Part shown: one piece after another, positions 35,495 to 39,680 of the stretch
How the letters are laid out: each line of letters opens with the position of its first letter
Numbering within the stretch: the stretch's first letter is position 1
NCBI GenBank assembly: GCA_051453625.1
Contig: JBOZIK010000001.1
Coordinates: 20,040,684 to 20,080,363, forward strand
Reading direction: 5' to 3'
Origin: Welwitschia mirabilis
Lineage: Eukaryota
DNA length: 39,680 bases
Notes under the pieces: generated by a model
Told to the model about the DNA's origin: nothing
Database searches by the model: none
The model's input: the letters and a program-made list of their open reading frames with translations, nothing else
Program-made: the position numbers and the translations under genes

Positions 35495-35858
35495 TGTTAT
35501 GAAAACCAACGTAGCAAATAAAAACAGCGAGCAAAAGAACAACACACAAGATTTAATGTGGAAAAGCCTAATGCAAGGAAAAACCATGGCAAGTAGGTAG
35601 AGCTATTCATCTTCTTCAAAGAGCAAAAGAAATATGTACAAAACAAAGCCTTTCAAGCCAAGTCAATCTAAAAAGTTCTAGAAAGTTCCCCTTCTAGAAA
35701 ATTCCTCCCCTTTCCTCATCCTTTTTTTGGGTTTTTTTTCAAATACTTCAAGGAGTTAAAACATAACCTCCTTTTACAACATTACAAAAAATGGCGTCAA
35801 TGTTAAAACATAACATTACAATAAAAAAGGGCAAATTTGGCTTCACTTTTTTCTAATA
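35495..35858 (-). mobile_element. Solo LTR (copia-like)
   Basis: TGTTAT...CTAATA (CA>TA) flanked by TSD AAAAT; shares GAAGCCAAAT and TTTTCCACRTWAATC motifs with the LTRs at 32265 and ~17806-18161. Confidence 0.7.
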
Positions 35859-35875
35859 AAAATCGTAACATTTTA

Positions 35876-37100
35876 TTAATATTTTATTGATATGTTTTGG
35901 AAAGATTTTTTAAACATGGACGTAGGATAACATGGAGCAAAGGGCAATGAACTAGGGGACATGAGCAAGAAATTGCTACCATCAAGCCTCACTCTCAATA
36001 ACACCCCTCGGATCCAGCCAAGAACTATCATGAAATCCCTCGCTTCCTGCATACCTCGACATAACATCACGGCCATGCTGTTATGTCACCATTGTAATCC
36101 TTCAACATAATCACAACTCAATTTCAAGGGACACATTACCTCGTATAGTGTAACTCAATATTGTTAATAAAAGTAGTTTATTAACTAATCATGTCTTTGA
36201 AGAACTCTTCACTGTCTTTAGTAAGCATCTTCGAACATTATGACCCTTTTTACATTAACTTTACAAGTTAACTGTAACACTTTACATAAGGAGACACATT
36301 TGACTTAATAAGAATTGCCTTCTTTATTCAATACCTTCAAACATTAAGAGTACATCATCTTCAATGCTAGGAAAAGTGAACTTGAAAATGTTACGAACCT
36401 CCCTTTATGTTTCTCATTTGTCCTCAAACACAACTTTATCCAACTCTATAGTCTCCATTTTAAGTTCTTCTAATGCATCTTCCTTGCCACCATCACTTGT
36501 AACCCTACAAGTCGTTCCTTTACTAGGATATCAAAATGATGTGGTATTGTTGGAACTCCTACTTTCTTTGCTTTTATGGCTCCATAGGGCTAGATGATAA
36601 GGTGAACCCTCTGATTTCTCCAAGTATTTGGATCACACTAGAATTCTAGCCTCTAGATAGTACTTCGTCTTCTTGTAAGCCTCTTGTCACGACTTTGCTT
36701 TTGAGAACAAACCTACTCTCTTAGTCAAAAGGGTGCCAATGAAGCTATTGGCTAGTTCTTCAAAATCCTTTTGTCTTTGGATACTTGACAAGTTTTTGGA
36801 ACATAGTTCAATGATTGTCAAGGAATCTCTTCCCCACCCTGAACCACTTGTATTGCATCTACTTATCTTCAATAAAGTAATATGAAAAAACAGCTCTCTG
36901 AAATTCTTCAACGAAGATATTCCTCTCTAGGAATACAACATAATTAGACTTCACATCCTCCCACCACTTTGAAACACCTCTAGACAAGAACATGATAGCA
37001 CAAGTGCATCTTTTATCCAAGGAGTAATCTTGAGAGAGAGAATCCTCAAAAAATTGCAACCATTATCCATTGCAATGCTTCTTAATGATTTCCAGACTCA
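35876..37100 (-). pseudogene. Highly decayed Ty3/gypsy (chromovirus-like) gag-protease remnant
   Basis: KRCTCAIMFLSRGVSKWWEDVK...EEFQRAVFSYYF (gag-like) and DFMIVLG (like DFDVILGMDWL); many stops. Confidence 0.55.
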
Positions 37101-37720
37101 CCATCATACATCTAGAACTCGATGTCTTTGACATATTCACAGAACTCCCTTTCATTTTCAATAAGCTCCGAATGTGACCTAGAACCCTAAGTGAGATTCT
37201 GAATCTGCATTTTTAGGTGTTAGACTTGATCATGTAGATAAAGTAACATCGATGATATCTAGAGAGGCTTGGGAAAGTCAATTGCCAATCTCTACAATCC
37301 TCATCTTGTAACCACCTCCAAGGTACTTCCCAAGGCTTATCACTCAAAATTTAAAGAATGGCACCCAATATTGAATTTGCATCTTGTTGGGATGTTTGTG
37401 GCTGTTGGTGACTGACAAGGTTTTAGTGGTCAACATCTTGTATTTCTTTTTCAATGTTGGAGATGTGTGCCTTCACTTTTTTCTCCATAGCTCGCCAACC
37501 TACCAACCGATGTAGTGCACTTGTTGCTTATAGTGAGCAAGAATTCTGATAGCAAAAGAAGAAACAATTGGTTAGAGAAGATGTGATAGCTGATCGAAAC
37601 TACAACTCCCTGGTAGAATTCTTTAAAGGAAATGAGCTATAATTGGAAGTGTTAAAAGGATATGTATAAGATTTGTTAGGATTTACAAGAGCATCATTAT
37701 AGATGTTAATAAGTTATACA

Positions 37721-38027
37721 TGTTTTGTACGCATTCCTCATGCTTCCCCTAATGAATGAGTTTACCTACGAATTCTAGTTTCCACCTTAGTCATGGCTTT
37801 TAGCATGATGATAATAGGCCCAACAATTGGTATCAGAGCCATGGTTTTCACTTAATTCTGGGTTCAAATCTCCTCGATGTCTCGTTGTCCCATGTGAGCA
37901 CTCGACATGTGGAGGGAGAGATCGCAAGGTGCACATTCCTCATGCCTAGCCCAACAAGCAAGTTTATCTGTGGGTTCCAGCTTCCACCGAAGTCATGCCT
38001 TGTGGTATGACATTAATAGGCCCAACA
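37721..38027 (+). mobile_element. TRIM copy 3 (more diverged)
   Basis: 105-bp LTRs 37721-37825 and 37923-38027; PBS TGGTATCAGAGCC at 37828; PPT GGAGGGAGAG; perfect TSD ATACA. Confidence 0.9.
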
Positions 38028-38169
38028 ATACAACCTAAAAACTTACTGGTGATCTGTATAACTATAGAGTCCACTCAACAATACCAAAGATAATGATATT
38101 GGACAAAGAAGACTTCAAGTTCACTTGTAGGTCTCCAAGTCAAAATGAAGGTGTCCTAGGTTGACTAGG

Positions 38170-39290
38170 AGAGCTTGGGGATGCCCTAAAAGGCTTGAAG
38201 GTCAATATTGCGAGCTATAGGGCACCTTGCATGGATTCAAGCAGCTATGAGACATCTTTGGAGATTTGCAAATTGATCTTGGAGCTCTAGGAAGCACGAG
38301 ATGGAATCAAGTAGCTCTGACACTCCTTGTTTGTACTTGAGGTGATCTATGTTGGTTCTAGGGCACCTTAACAACTATAGGATGTAAGGCCACTTCAATA
38401 ATGAAGGGACAAGCTGAAGGGACTCCATCGTGTTGCGGAAGATGAAAGACTACTTTAGAATGTCTTAAGGGTGCAAGAGATGAAGGAAGGTAACTTCAGA
38501 CACCATAGATGACTTAAGGTAGGTGTGAGACGCCCAAGGGGATAATAGATATAGTCACAACAACTCAGAGGCAACATGGAAGTCATGTACTTGATCAAGG
38601 ATACCCTGCATAGGCGTGAAACCACATACATTGATTGTGAGACACTTTGATGACTTCTATGTGCTTTAGGACATCCTATGGATCACGTCTATGGTCATTA
38701 TTGAATATTTGTATAGGATGCCTTCGATGGCTTAGGATGGCACTACAGCACCCTAGAAGTGAAGGAGCTGGATTGTGAGAGTTGTAAAGTGTCTTGGTAC
38801 TTAGGAGAATTAACTTCAATAGCTTTGGTGACTATAGATGTTTATGGGGTGCCCTAGAAGTCAGAAGAAAGAATCCTGTGACCTTTGGGGCATTCTAAAT
38901 GACAATCAGGCACCTTTGAAGCGAGGATAATGAAGTATAAGAACTATGGAGTACCCCAGATGATATTGACTATTCCTAGGGCACCTTGAAGCCTATGATA
39001 ATTGACATTGAGAATAATGGGATACCTTCGATGATAAAGAATGTCTTTGAGACACCCTAAGGGTCATGATCATAAGCTACACTAGATGTGGAATGCCCTG
39101 CATGGGAATAGAGTGAAGTTAGGGAGCTATTGGACATCCTAGCTTACTTGGACTTGCTTGGAGATAGACTTGAGGTCTTGAAAGTGGACAATGACAACTA
39201 TGGAGCAACCTGGATGACAAGGACACGTGGTGGAACAACCTAGTGGTGATGCTGATAGATTTGGCTAGTTGTGGAATGCCCTAGGCACTA
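38170..39290 (+). repeat. Degenerate minisatellite, ~71-bp period
   Basis: GGRCACCYT/GGATRCCCT cores recur at alternating ~30 and ~41 bp spacing. Confidence 0.6.
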
Positions 39291-39377
39291 GGGATTAAGC
39301 TACAGGAATCTTTCATTGGAAAAAGATGAAGTAGTGGACTGAGATGAAAATGATAATAATAATATCATTTGGAAAGA

Positions 39378-39680
39378 TTTCTTGAATAAGCTAAGCCAAA
39401 TCTCTTGGCGTTATTTATTCCTTTGGAGTTTTGACTCTATATTGTTTATATAGTCCCCTTCTTGTTGTAAGTCAATATTAAAGGGAGAACGCAAGTCTAA
39501 TGGGGTCATCTAGAAGGTTCTAGAAGTTAGGGCTAGGGTTTCTACCCTAACAGGAAATCTATATAAAGGAAATAGAGGCACGGATTGCCATAAGGTGTGT
39601 GGAAGTCAAGAGTTGTAATATTGGCTATAAAAGACGGCTTGTATCCTTCCCTTTTTTTCATTCCAATAAGAGAGCTTTGC
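39378..39680 (+). repeat. LTR related to the 32265 LTR, truncated by the window end
   Basis: AAGCCAAATCTCTTG..TTATTTATT...TATATAGTCCC..TTCTTGTTGTAA is shared with 32279-32360; TATA-like CTATATAAA. Confidence 0.65.

Overview
AT-rich land-plant nuclear DNA with 7 assembly gaps. One protein-coding gene is supported: a minus-strand Ataxin-2-family PABP-interacting gene (CID3/CID4/CID16/17-like; LSm, LSmAD, tandem PAM2). I traced 11 coding exons from ATG 25189 down to 1332 (2049 nt, 683 codons, frame intact). No stop codon was found, so the last exon(s) probably lie beyond position 1. Two introns appear to use GC donors. The large introns and the 14 kb upstream are filled with transposons. These include a non-autonomous Athila-like Ty3/gypsy element (gag-protease only), a decayed hAT transposon, three copies of one ~310-bp TRIM family with perfect TSDs, a Sirevirus-type LTR nested in a copia LTR, solo LTRs, copia/gypsy remnants and a cryptic ~71-bp minisatellite. 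I see no evidence of a wholly new biological system. The TRIM family, the GC-AG introns and the gag-protease-only Athila are the most noteworthy items.
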